Shown in pieces: positions 1-10,960 of a stretch of DNA of 64,000 nt. The stretch's first letter is position 1. Every line of letters starts with the position of its first letter. The notes beneath the pieces were generated by a model. That model saw nothing but the letters and a program-made list of their open reading frames with translations, was not told the DNA's origin and searched no databases. This DNA comes from Macrostomum lignano. Its lineage: Eukaryota. The stretch is from the NCBI GenBank assembly GCA_002269645.1, contig NIVC01001673.1:1-64000 (forward strand). Direction: 5' to 3'. A program made the position numbers and the translations under genes.

Positions 1-694
1 CTCACTGGGCCTCCCCAACCTCCCCCAATTCTTCCCCTTTTTACCTCCTTCCCCTCCCTGGAAAATTCAACTTACCTTTGCAATTCGCGCCCGAAGCAAA
101 TGCAGGCTCTGCTTCGATGCGTGGCGCTTTAAATAAACAGTTTCTGGGGAGGCTGACAGAAAATGTCCTCATTTATTTTTCCACAAACTTTTTGTTTCTG
201 CAGCTTGGGGCAATAAATAAGCGCCTCCTTGCCTTGGAGGCATCCGAGGCGTCTCATTGTCTTGGCATAATTATCCTTTATGAGAGATTATTTACTCACC
301 GCGGCGCCGGGGCTGCTGGGGCTGCGTGGATGCGGTCCGCTCCATCAGTGCCGGCATCAATATTTGATGCTCCGCTGCTCATTCCCGGTGTTCGCTGCCT
401 CCTTGTCAAACTGGATGGGAATTTTTCAATGATCTCACAGAATCTCGGCCCTCTAATAGTTTCCCAACGGTTTTCACTCGACTCCCAACTCCAAAAAACT
501 GTTAATATTTTATTGAGTCTGCGACCTTGCGGACACGCGAGTTGCGACATTCTCAAAAAATGTTTGCAGTTTTTAGCGCTGAATTGCAATTGCCAAATCC
601 AGGGTAACTTTTGCTGAGTCAGACTGGGCTGCAGCACCTCTCACAACTCTGTCAGGTGCGTGATGCAGGCGTAGTCTCAAATTCTGCATTTCAC

Positions 695-1170
695 GCGCCA
701 AGGTGGGAGCTGATGGCGCCAAGGTGGGAGCTGATGTTGGCGCCAAGGTGGGAGCTGATGATGGCGCCAAGGTGGGAGCTGATGATGGCGCCAAGGTGGG
801 AGCTGATGGCGCCAAGGTGGGAGCTGATGATGGCGCCAAGGTGGGAGCTGATGATGGCGCCAAGGTGGGAGCTGATGATGGCGCCAAGGTGGGAGCTGAT
901 GGCGCCAAGGTGGGAGCTGATGATGGCGCCAAGGTGGGAGCTGATGATGGCGCCAAGGTGGGAGCTGATGATGGCGCCAAGGTGGGAGCTGATGATGGCG
1001 CCAAGGTGGGAGCTGATGATGGCGCCAAGGTGGGAGCTGATGATGGCGCCAAGGTGGGAGCTGATGATAGCGCCAAGGTGGGAGCTCATGATGGCGCCAA
1101 GGTGGGAGCTGATGGCGCCAAGGTGGGAGCTGATGATAGCGCCAAGGCGGGAGCTGATGGCGCCAAGGCG
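695..1170. repeat. Minisatellite, 18/21-bp unit GGCGCCAAGGTGGGAGCTGAT(GAT), ~23 copies
   Basis: Tandem unit read directly; it generates the APRWELMM/GADDGAKV pseudo-ORFs. Confidence 0.97.
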
Positions 1171-2075
1171 CTCAGACTTAGTGGCAATCGAGCAAGCGGC
1201 AGGCATTCCCTCTCTATTCACCTGAGCAGCCGGAGAGGCCCGGGGGTTTTAATGATCGAGTAAAGAAAGCAGTTGAGTTTTTTCTAAATGTTTGCACAGC
1301 TCAACTCGCCTTCAATTTCTAGAGAGCCCGGCGCATGCGAGGAGCCTCGGGCTGGAGTTTTGGTGGCCGGGTAATGAGACGTCCATTGTTTTGCAAACAA
1401 GTGTTTTTTTATTTTCTCATTTTCACCCTTGGCCGGTCAGCTAAAAAATTTTCCCATTCGAATTTCAAATCCCAAAATTTGTCCGCCTCGTTCTGGATTT
1501 TTTCAATCCTTCGACTCATCAGAGACTGCCAATCCCGGGTCACGTGATCACCCGGGAAGTTTTTTAAGGGACGCAAAGAAGTCGCGGGCAGCTGTGGGGA
1601 GTTGATGAAGGGGAAAATGCGAGGGAGACAGCGGAGGCTGGTAATAAATATATATGATGCCGGGCATAATGCACATATCTGGGTGCGCGGCTCAGCTTAC
1701 TTGGCCTCCCCTTCCCATCGATTCGGGCCCGAGCTGGTGGCGCGGCCGGGTAATTAGTCCCTGCTGAGGCCACATGAAATTTAACGAGAGATTTGAGCCC
1801 ATTTTTAATAATTGGGGAGAATTTTACCCGTCTTACCCCTCCTTCCCATCCCGAAAATCCCAGGATCCGTTTTCCCACTTCGACTCAGCTTCTCTCGCCA
1901 GACCCTCCCCCCTCTGGCCCCCCCGAGGGCGCCAAGTTTCTCCACCCTGAGGCTGTTTGCGACTATGATTCAGTTTTTATCTTCTCCGCGCGGCTGCCGC
2001 TTTGATGGGGCAAATTGCAGCCTCCGCGAGCCTGACCGGCTGTCTGCGCCATGGGGAGTTCCTCAGGCTCAAGAT

Positions 2076-2710
2076 TGTGGCGCCAAGGTGGAAGATTGTA
2101 GCGCCAAGGTGGAAGATTGTAGCGCCAAGGTGGAAGATTGTGGCGCCAAGGTGGAAGATTGTAGCGCCAAGGTGGAAGATTGTAGCGCCAAGGTGGAAGA
2201 TTGTAGCGCCAAGGTGGAAGAGTGTAGCGCCAAGGTGGAAGATTGTAGCGCCAAGGTGGAAGAGTGTAGCGCCAAGGTGGAAGAGTGTAGCGCCAAGGTG
2301 GAAGAGTGTAGCGCCAAGGTGGAAGAGTGTAGCGCCAAAGTGGAAGAGTGTAGCGCCAAGGTGGAAGATTGTAGCGCCAAGGTGGAAGATTGTAGCGCCA
2401 AGGTGGAAGAGTGTAGCGCCAAAGTGGAAGATTGTAGCGCCAAGGTGGAAGAGTGTAGCGCCAAGGTGGAAGAGTGTAGCGCCAAGGTGGAAGAGTGTAG
2501 CGCCAAGGTGGAAGATTGTAGCGCCAAGGTGGAAGAGTGTAGCGCCAAGGTGGAAGATTGTAGCGCCAAGGTGGAAGATTGTAGCGCCAAGGTGGAAGAT
2601 TGTAGCGCCAAGGTGGAAGAGTGTAGCGCCAAGGTGGAAGATTGTAGCGCCAAGGTGGAAGAGTGTAGCGCCAAGGTGGAAGATTGTAGCGCCAAGGTGG
2701 AAGATTGTAA
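2076..2710. repeat. Minisatellite, 21-bp unit GCGCCAAGGTGGAAGA(T/G)TGTA, ~30 copies
   Basis: Tandem unit read directly; ends just before a pyrimidine-rich 3' splice site (CCCTTTCTCCTCCATCCGCCCGCAG, ending 2737). Confidence 0.97.
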
Positions 2711-2737
2711 CACCCTTTCTCCTCCATCCGCCCGCAG

Positions 2738-5700
2738 CCGCCAGCCTGTGGACTCAGCAGCACGAGCTGTACAAGGCGGCAACAGCGGCCCTCGCTAGCG
2801 GCGGCTTCCCGCCTCTCGGAGCCGCGGCGGCTGCAGCAGCTGCGACCTCCTCGCATGCGCCGCCGACTACCGCAGCCGCAGCACCAGCCGCTTCGAAGAA
2901 GCAGCGAAGCCTGCAGAAATCCGCAGCACCTGGCGAGCAGCCGCAGGAGCAGCAGCGGAGCGACTCCCCCGACGCCGGCATGAACGGCTCTTCGATGTCG
3001 CAGAACTCCTCCGCGTTCGGCGGCTCCGGCCGGCGGAAGCAGACGAAGCCCAACCGAGTCAGCGGCGGCGAGGACGGCAGCGGAACGGCGGCTGACGGCG
3101 GCTCTGCCGGCCAGCGGTCCGAAGCCGCATCGCCCGACGCCGCCGCAGATGAGCAGTCGGTCCGGTCGCCGCCGACCCCGCTGGCGCTGCCGCCGCCACC
3201 GCCGCTGCAGCAGTCAACTCCGCAGGCGGTGCCTCTGCTGCCGCTCCCGCCTCCGCTGCCCCTGCCACCTCCGCCGCCGCCACCTCCGCCGCCGCAGCAG
3301 CCGCCGCAGCAGCCGCCGCCGCAGTCGCAGCCTCCGCTGCCGTCGGAGAAGCCGGCAGTCCACAAGAACTCCGGCCTGGACAAGCATCACCAGCCGCTGC
3401 ACGGGAAGGTGTCAGCCGAGGGCAAGCCGGACAGCTACTGCGAGTACTGCGAGAAGCTGTTCTGCAACAAGTACTACTTGAAGAAGCACAAGGCCGACGT
3501 GCACGGCATCGCCGCTGCCGACCAGCAGCAGTCGGGCGGCGCCAATGGCGGAGCTGGCGGGGGCGGCGGGCACCACCAGCCGCACGGCCACCAGCACGGC
3601 AGGAAGCGCGGGCAGTCGAGGCGCCGCACCACCCGACGGCCGCCGTCTCGGCCGCCGCCGCCATGGCCGCTAACCCGGCCGCTGCAGCCGCCGCGGCCGC
3701 CGCCGCGAACCCCATGGCGAACCCGCTGCTGTCCATGGGGCACTGCCTCAACCCCTTCCAGACTCTGCTGTTCAACCCGTTCGCCGCTCTGCCCTCCATG
3801 TCGCTGATGCCGGGCATCCCCCAGCCGTTCCTCCCCGGCGCCTACCCCATGATGGCCAAGCTGGAGGCTCCGCAGGCGCCGCAGCAGTCGCCGCAGGCAG
3901 CTCAGCCGCAGTCCACATTGGCGACTCCGTCTACCCGCAGCCGACGCCGCAGCAAGCGCTGGCAGTCACAGCCCAGCAGCTGCCGCAGCCCCGCCTCCGC
4001 AATCGGCGGCCCCGGCATCTCCGCCCGCCTCAGCGAAGCCGCCCGCCGCCTCCCCGCCCGCCTCAGCGGCCGACGTGAACTCGGATGCGTACTGCCCGAT
4101 CTGCCAGAAGAATGTCTGCTCAAAGTACTTCCTCAAGACCCACATGGCCAACCAGCACAACGTGAAGGACTTCAAGCCCGTTGACGGCCTCCCGTTGCCG
4201 CCCTCGACGCCTCCACAGCAGCAGCAGCAGCCTCCGCAGCAGCAGCCTCCGCAACAGCAGCAGCAGCAGCAGCAGCAGCCGCAGCCGATGAAGAGCTTGG
4301 AGACCGACTCTGAGCAGGTGCTCAACCTGAGCTCCAAGAAGCCAGCGTCTCAGCAGCAGCCGCAGCCGGAGGAGTTCAAGTGCCAAAGCTGCGCCCTGAG
4401 CTTCGGCAGCTCAGTGGAGTTTCGAGTTCACGTGGCCGCGCACCATTCGAACTTTGCGGAGCTTGGCAACCTGATGGGGCTGGCGATGCCCGCCATGGAC
4501 GCGCGCGCCGCACCACCCGCACCACCTGGCCAGCGCGCACCACCTGGACGCCTTCCAGTCCTCCATGGTGGCAGCCAAGCTGGCCGACCGCGTCATCTGC
4601 GACGTGTGCCACAAGGAGGTGTGCAACAAGTACTTCCTGAAGACGCACAAGGAGAAGGTGCACGGCATCCCCAGGGAGCTGCAGGCTGGCGGCAGCCGGC
4701 CCGGCCAGCAGGATGGCAGCAGCGGTGAGTTGCGCAACTGCCAGTCGGGGTGGCGTCCTCATCGCATCCCCATATTTTGGCTTTTTTGTTAATAAAACCG
4801 GGTTGCGGGCCTGGCATGTATTTATTTTGCTGTTAGAATTTCGTGTCTCCGGGGGCATAAAATATTAATGCCCCATCTCTCCACTGCCAGCCTCCCTCTG
4901 ATCCGCCAAGGGAGCCGCCAGCCGGGGTCTGAAAGTTTTCCAGGCCTGCCATTTCAGATTTTACTGCCATTATTTTTGCCATTTGCGGCTCCCCCCCGCC
5001 AGCAGGATGAGGTGGCGGGTGGATTCTGGGTATTCCCTCAACCCTGCAGGAATTAATCACCGATCACCCCGGCACCAGTTCTGCTACCTGCCGGTCTCGG
5101 TGGGCTGCTCGGGCTGTGCCCGGACAATGATTGTTATTTTATTCTCGTGAGCGGCAGAGCGGTTGGAAAGCTTAAATTTAAACTCGCGCGGCCCCTGAAT
5201 CTGCCTGGCTGTGTGGGCCCGGCGCAGTTAAAGCCGCCTTATCTCCGGCGCCACCAGCTTCTGCCGCTGGTTGGGCTGGAGAAAATCAGAAAAAATTTTT
5301 GCTTTTTTTCACAAACCCCAACTACTGAGCCGGTGGGACCGCCGCCACCTGCGAGGCTCCGCTTCGAGAACTGGGGAGGTGGAGCTCGGGCTTCGGGCTG
5401 AGCAGCGGGGCCCCTTCGGAGCGGCCTGAGCAGCCTGCGCTGTCAATGGGGGGGGGTAAGTTTAAGGCCGATTAATAAATTTTAGTTGTGTCTCCCTGCC
5501 TTGCGAGCGAGCGGACTCAGCAGTCGGAATTCGAGACCGGAGCACGGGGACAATGGCTGAGCACTGCTCAATGCCCGCAGATTAGGGACGGAGTCGAATA
5601 AGAAATCTAGAAGTGAAAGAAGAAGCTTGAGAAGGGGAAAAGTTGGCCACCCCAACCCCCGATGAAACTCTATCCCACTGAGCAGCTCGAGTCCGAATGG

Positions 5701-8099
5701 GAGGGGGAATTAATACTTTTTTTGCCTTCAATTACGAATCGAGATGAGGATCAGAGGCTGGGGGAACAAAAAGGCGCACCCGGGATCGCCGAGAGCGAAA
5801 CAGCGATGCAAACAGAGGGGATGAAAGGCCGATGGGAGGCCGATGGGAACAAAAGGGAGGCTGCGAGGGGAGGCGAAATCCCTCCTTTCTCAATTTATCA
5901 GTGTTGGCAAAGAGGCCCGGGAGCGGTGCTGAAACATTTTAAAAGATGTTGAGTTTTTCCTCTTTCTCTTCTTACTTTGCCCCGGCTCAAGGGGGTCTCA
6001 CGTTTCCCTCGCATGGGGTGATCAGCCCGCCGGTCAATAAAGTCAATCCCCTTCTACTAATAAAAAGTCTGCCACAGCCCCCCCCCCAAATCTCTTCTTC
6101 TGCTTCGCTTTTGTCTTCTTTCGGCTGAATTTTTTGTGCCAAACAACAGCAGCGCAAAATGCGGCTCTGCGGACTCCCCGGAAATCCGAGATGCCGCCTT
6201 GGCTGATCTCCGAGCTCTGCTCATCAGCCTGGGATTATGGGGAGAGGGGAGACGGAGGGAAGTAGATACAGGAGAAGAGAAGAGTAGAGAGAGCAGACGC
6301 GAGGAGTAGAGAGAGGAGACGAGAGGAGTAGAGAGAGACGACTAGAGGAGTAGAGAGAGGAGACGAGAGGAGTAGAGAGAGAAGACTAGAGGAGTAGAGA
6401 GAGGAGACGCGAGGAGTAGAGAGAGAAGACGAGAGGAGTAGAGAGAGAAGACGAGAGGAGTAGAGAGAGGAGACGAGAGGAGTAGAGCGAAGAGACGAGA
6501 GGAGTAGAGAGAGGAGACGAGAGGAATTGAGAGAGAAGAGAGAAGTAGAGAGAATAAAAGAAGAGGGGAGAAAAGAGGATGCGAAGAAGTAGGGATCTCA
6601 GACTCCCCTCGCCTCATCCTCCGCGCACTCAACCGACAACTGCAGGCAAGTGGCCGCAGCTGCCAGCGACAACCGCGGTCGCCACAACGACAGCGGCGGC
6701 TGCAGCGGCGGCGGCAGCGGCAGCGGCAGCGGCGTCAGCGGCCGCGTCGGCTGCGGGCTCCGGGCATCCCGGCAAACAGTCAAGCGGGTCGCCAGCCCAG
6801 CAGCGCATCCGCTGCGACATCTGCGGCAAGGAGGTGTGCAACAAGTACTTCCTGCGGGTGCACCGCCTCAACAAGCACGGCATCACCGACAGCTCCGTCA
6901 GTTCGCCGGCCAACACTGACACGGACTCGCGCTCCGACCTGGAGCCCGCTGCCGAGCCGGGCACCTCCGGCCAGCAGCTGCAGCAGCTCCAGCAGCTGCA
7001 CCAGCAGATGCTGCAGCAGTCCTGCCGGTCCACCGACATGTGCCCCTGCCCGCACTGCGGCCTGCTCTGCCCCAACTCGCTGCAGCTCCAGCGGCACGTG
7101 CAGCAGGTGAGTTCTAAAGTCTCCTGAGATCTCACCCTCCGAAGTCTCCTGAGATCTCACCCTCCGAAGTCTCCTGAGATCTCATCCTCCGAAGTCTCCT
7201 GAGATCTCACCCTCCGAAGTCTCCTGAGATCTCACCCTCCGAAGTCTCCTGAGATCTCATCCTCCGAAGTCTCATGAGATCTCACCCTCCGAAGTTTCCT
7301 GAGATCTCACCCTCCGAAGTCTCCTGAGATCTCACCCTCCGAAGTCTCCTGAGATCTCACCCTCCGAAGTCTCCTGAGATCTCACCCTCCGAAGTCTCCT
7401 GAGATCTCACCCTGTGAAATCTCATGAGATCTCACCCTCTGAAGTCTCCTGGGATCTCACCCTGTGAAATCTCATGAGATCTCACCCTCCGAGGACTCAT
7501 ATGATCTCACCCTCCGAAGTCTCATGAGATCTCATCCTCCGAAGTCTCATGAGATCTCATCCTCCGAAATCTCATGAGATCTCATCCTCCGAAATCTCAT
7601 AGGATCGCACCCTCTGAAATCTCATAAGATATCACCCGTGTCTCAAGAGGCCTGCCTCCAATCTGCCCCACAGTCTCACCCGGCGGAGCTGCAGCAGCAG
7701 CTCATGGCCTCCGCGTCCTCTGGCAGCTTCGGCGACTTCGCCGGGTCGCCTCCGGCAACAAAGCGTCGCCGCTACGCTCGCTCGAATGACGAGAACGGCG
7801 AGGCCTCGTCGACTTCGCCGACTGATGGTGAGGCGGCGCTGAACCTGACGGCCGCCTCCGAAGACCTGGACGACGCCACCCGGCCGACAGACCTCCGAGC
7901 TGCTGTCAGAGACGAAGCCGGAGCAGAGGCCGCCGACGACACCTCCGCACAAGACGATGCCGCAGCTATGGAGGCTGCGGAGTCCGAGGAGATGCCTGGA
8001 GGCGCAGCAGATGCCGAATGCGGCGCTCCGGTAGCCGCTGCCACCTCAGCCGAGACTGGCAGCAGCGGCAGCGCTCGCATCGACTTGCCCGTGTCTTGA
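2738..8099 (+). CDS. Multi-C2H2 zinc-finger protein (6 dispersed fingers, Q/P/A-rich linkers); 5' exon not resolved
   Basis: Exons 2738-4724, 6646-7106, 7674-8099 with GT-AG introns. Fingers: CEYCEKLFCNKYYLKKHKADVH, CPICQKNVCSKYFLKTHMANQH, CQSCALSFGSSVEFRVHVAAHH, CDVCHKEVCNKYFLKTHKEKVH, CDICGKEVCNKYFLRVHRLNKH, and CPHCGLLCPNSLQLQRHVQQ|SH (completed across the last intron, supporting the 7673 acceptor). Needs three frame corrections (~3600, ~3936, ~4501). KRRR NLS-like motif in the last exon. Confidence 0.85.
6271..6560. repeat. Purine-rich minisatellite (~22-bp GAGAGGAGTAGAGAGAGGAGAC)
   Basis: Tandem unit read directly, near the 3' end of intron 4725-6645. Confidence 0.9.
7122..7630. repeat. 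Minisatellite, 25-bp unit CTCCTGAGATCTCACCCTCCGAAGT, ~20 copies
   Basis: Fills intron 7107-7673 almost end to end. Confidence 0.95.
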
Positions 8100-8150
8100 G
8101 AGCGGCGGCCTCAGCTGACACTGGCCTGACCTAATTTCTAATTCGACACC

Positions 8151-8345
8151 AGTTGACCTCGACTGACCTCAGTTGACCTCGGCTGACCTCAGTTGACCTC
8201 GGCTGACCTCAGTTGACCTCGGTTGACCTCAGTTGACCTCGGTTGACCTCAGTTGACCTCGGCTGACCTCAGTTGACCTCGACTGACCTCAGTTGACCTC
8301 GACTGACCTCAGTTGACCTCGGCTGACCTCAGTTGACCTCGACTG
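8151..8345. repeat. Minisatellite, 10/20-bp unit CAGTTGACCTCGGCTGACCT
   Basis: TGACCT recurs every 10 bp, about 50 nt after the zinc-finger stop codon. Confidence 0.95.
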
Positions 8346-9399
8346 TTTTTTATTTGCTAAAAAGTGATCACAGCTGACAGTCTTGCCGACTCGAGCAGGT
8401 CAAAGCACTGTATAGACCGACGCACCGAAAGCAATATTAGAGACAGAAACCGCACGGAAGGAAGCCCAGTTAAACCCAGGCAAATTCTGTCCTCTTTCAA
8501 ACTGCCTGCATAGCAACTCTCGTAATCTCTCTCTCAGCTTTGTACACTTTGCTTGTCTAGTTTTTATTTAGCCATTGAGTCCGAACTCTGACTGTTGTGC
8601 ACCTGATTCGAACTCCAGTCCGTCTCGACTGACTGGCTGTTTTTTTCCTTTGTTATAATCATCGGCTTGTGCAACTGCACGCGACCTCTCCGCTAACTCC
8701 GCCGTCCCCCCCGACCTCCGACCGTCGACTAGAGCAATAAATTCTCCCACAGATCCTAGCGGTCCTCTCGCACCCGGCTAAATCTGAGATGGAGATCCCG
8801 TGAGCTCCAGCCTCCCGGGCTTCATCACCTGGCCCCGCTTTCCCTGTTGTTGCCGCAAGCCAGTTAGATGCAGCACCCTGGTGTCCGAACTCCGAATATC
8901 ATATTCATAAATAGCTCATATTATTATTTATTATTAATCTGCTATATGCATATTACACACGCAGCTGAAAGCTATTAAGTAAACACAAACTGTTGCAGTT
9001 TTTTTGCTATTCCAACCGCTCCAATTCAAAGGATTTGATTTCAAACCGGCCTCTCGGATATGTCAGCCAGTTACTCATTTTTATCCCATAACAGGCTTAG
9101 AACTCGCGTCCCCACTTCGGGACCAAAAATTAATTAGCTCATCCCCTCACAGGGGGGATTATAGCAGCCTCAGTGAGGAGCTCAGGACTCCCATGCAGTT
9201 TGTAGCGAAGCATCGCGACTTTCAGCTTCCCGTCTTTTTAATTTACTTTTTTAAGGATGACGCATGAAACTCAAAAATTCATTGAGAGCCGCTCGGTGCT
9301 TCGCTACAACTGCTGAGACCTCGGCGGCTGCGGCCCCCCGGGCTGAAACTGGAACTGCGGCCTCTCCGCCTCCGCTGCTCCTGCACCTGGCATGATCAG

Positions 9400-9715
9400 G
9401 GTGTCAGCCTCATTGTGTCAGCCTCATTGTGTCAGCCTCATTGTGTCAGCCTCATTGTGTCAGCCTCATTGTGTCAGCCTCATTGTGTCAGCCTCATTGT
9501 GTCAGCTTCATTGTGTCAGCCTCATTGTGTCAGCTTCATTGTGTCAGCCTCATTGTGTCAGCTTCATTGTGTCAGCCTCATTGTGTCCGGTTGACAGCCT
9601 CATTGTGTCAGCCTCATTGTGTCCGGTTGAAAGCCTCATTGTGCCAGGGTCTCAGCCTCATTGTGTGAGGTCTCAGCCTCATTTTGTCAGGGTCTCAGCC
9701 TCATTGTCTCAACCT
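9400..9715. repeat. Minisatellite, 14-bp unit GTGTCAGCCTCATT
   Basis: Tandem unit read directly; degenerates into the 5' edge of the RT fragment. Confidence 0.93.
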
Positions 9716-10495
9716 CCGTCGCAGAGCTAAGAGACTCCACCGCAGAGCTACTAAAACTAAGAGCCCAGCGGACCAAACCGCCTATGATGAAGCAATCCAT
9801 GAGTTTAAAAGGCAGGTTAGGAATGCAAAGGCTCAAAAATGGGGTCAATACTGTGAGGAGCTAGAGGCAAACGCACTCACATCTCACCAGATGGATCATG
9901 TACATGATCAGCCATCGCTCGGCCACCGCCAGTCTGCTGGGCTACCAGAGGACGGTTCCCGTCTGCAAAGGCAGCCCGCAAGGTGGGGTGCTGTCTCCAG
10001 TTCTCTGGAACATGGTTCATCGATGAGCTCCTCCGGGATGTTCGGCCTGACCCCATTCTGAAAGTTGGATATGCGGACGCTGTCACCGCGGTGGCATCTG
10101 GTCCGTCCCCCGACACCCTCAGGGACCTTCTTCAGAATTTTATCTACGCCGCTGAGCAATGGGCGGACCGCTGTGGTCTAAAGCTCTCTGAGACTAAGAC
10201 CGCAGCGGTCATGTTCACCAGCAGGACCAAGTGGCAGATTCGGCCGCTCACGCTTTACGGAAGGGAAATCCCCTTCTGCACGCAGACTAAATGTCTGGGT
10301 ATTACCCTGGACCACAGGCTGAACTGGTCACCCCACCTTCAAGAAAAAGCCAAGAAGGCCCTCGCAGTCCTCGCGCAACTGCGCAGGGCTGTCGGCACCA
10401 CCTGGGGGCTCACCCCCAAGCGCCTCTGGTGGATCTACACTGCAATGGTTAGGCCCGCTATCTCGTATGGCGGCCTGATCTGGGCTAGCGCCCTA
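9710..10495 (+). mobile_element. Degraded non-LTR retrotransposon RT fragment (R1/LOA-like)
   Basis: Linker AYDEAIHEFKRQVRNAKAQKWGQYCEEL, then an internal deletion, then GSPQGGVLSPVLWNM, a frameshift, YADA (mutated YADD), LKLSETKT, KCLGITLDHRLNW, and WGLTPKRLWWIYTAMVRPAISYGGLIWA, typical of R1/LOA-type thumb regions. Confidence 0.85.
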
Positions 10496-10960
10496 CAGTT
10501 CAGCGCCCTACAGTTCAGCGCCCTACAGTTCAGCGCCCTACAGTTCAGTCACACAGGTTCAGTCACACAGGTTCAGTCACACTGGTTCAGTCACACAGGT
10601 TCAGTCACACAGGTTCAGTCACACAGGTTCAGTCACACAGGTTCAGTCACACAGGTTCAGTCACACAGGTTCAGCCACACAGGTTCAGTCACACAGGTTC
10701 AGTCACACAGGTTCAGTCACACAGGTTCAGTCACACAGGTTCAGTCACACAGGTTCAGTCACACAGGTTCAGTCACACAGGTTCAGTCACACAGGTTCAG
10801 TCACACAGGTTCAGTCACACAGGTTCAGTCACACAGGTTCAGTCACACAGGTTCAGTCACACAGGTTCAGTCACACAGGTTCAGTCACACAGGTTCAGTC
10901 ACACAGGTTCAGTCACACAGGTTCAGTCACACAGGTTCAGTCACACAGGTTTAGTCACAC
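10487..10960. repeat. Compound minisatellite: 15-bp GCGCCCTACAGTTCA x4, then 14-bp TCACACAGGTTCAG x~29
   Basis: Read directly; starts inside the last RT codons (WASALQFS). Confidence 0.95.

Noticed and set aside
2002-2737. KIVAPRW repeat as the zinc-finger protein's N-terminus
   Set aside because: A 21-bp unit stays open trivially, and a good polypyrimidine acceptor at 2737 suggests the array is intronic.
3595-4505. Programmed ribosomal frameshifting in the zinc-finger gene
   Set aside because: No slippery heptamer or pseudoknot seen; mixed shift directions at simple runs fit sequencing indels better.
8560-8750. tRNA-derived SINE (A-box-like TAGCGGAGAGG and B-box-like GAGTTCGAATC on the minus strand)
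   Set aside because: Box spacing is long, there is no TSD or tail, and there is no second copy in the window.
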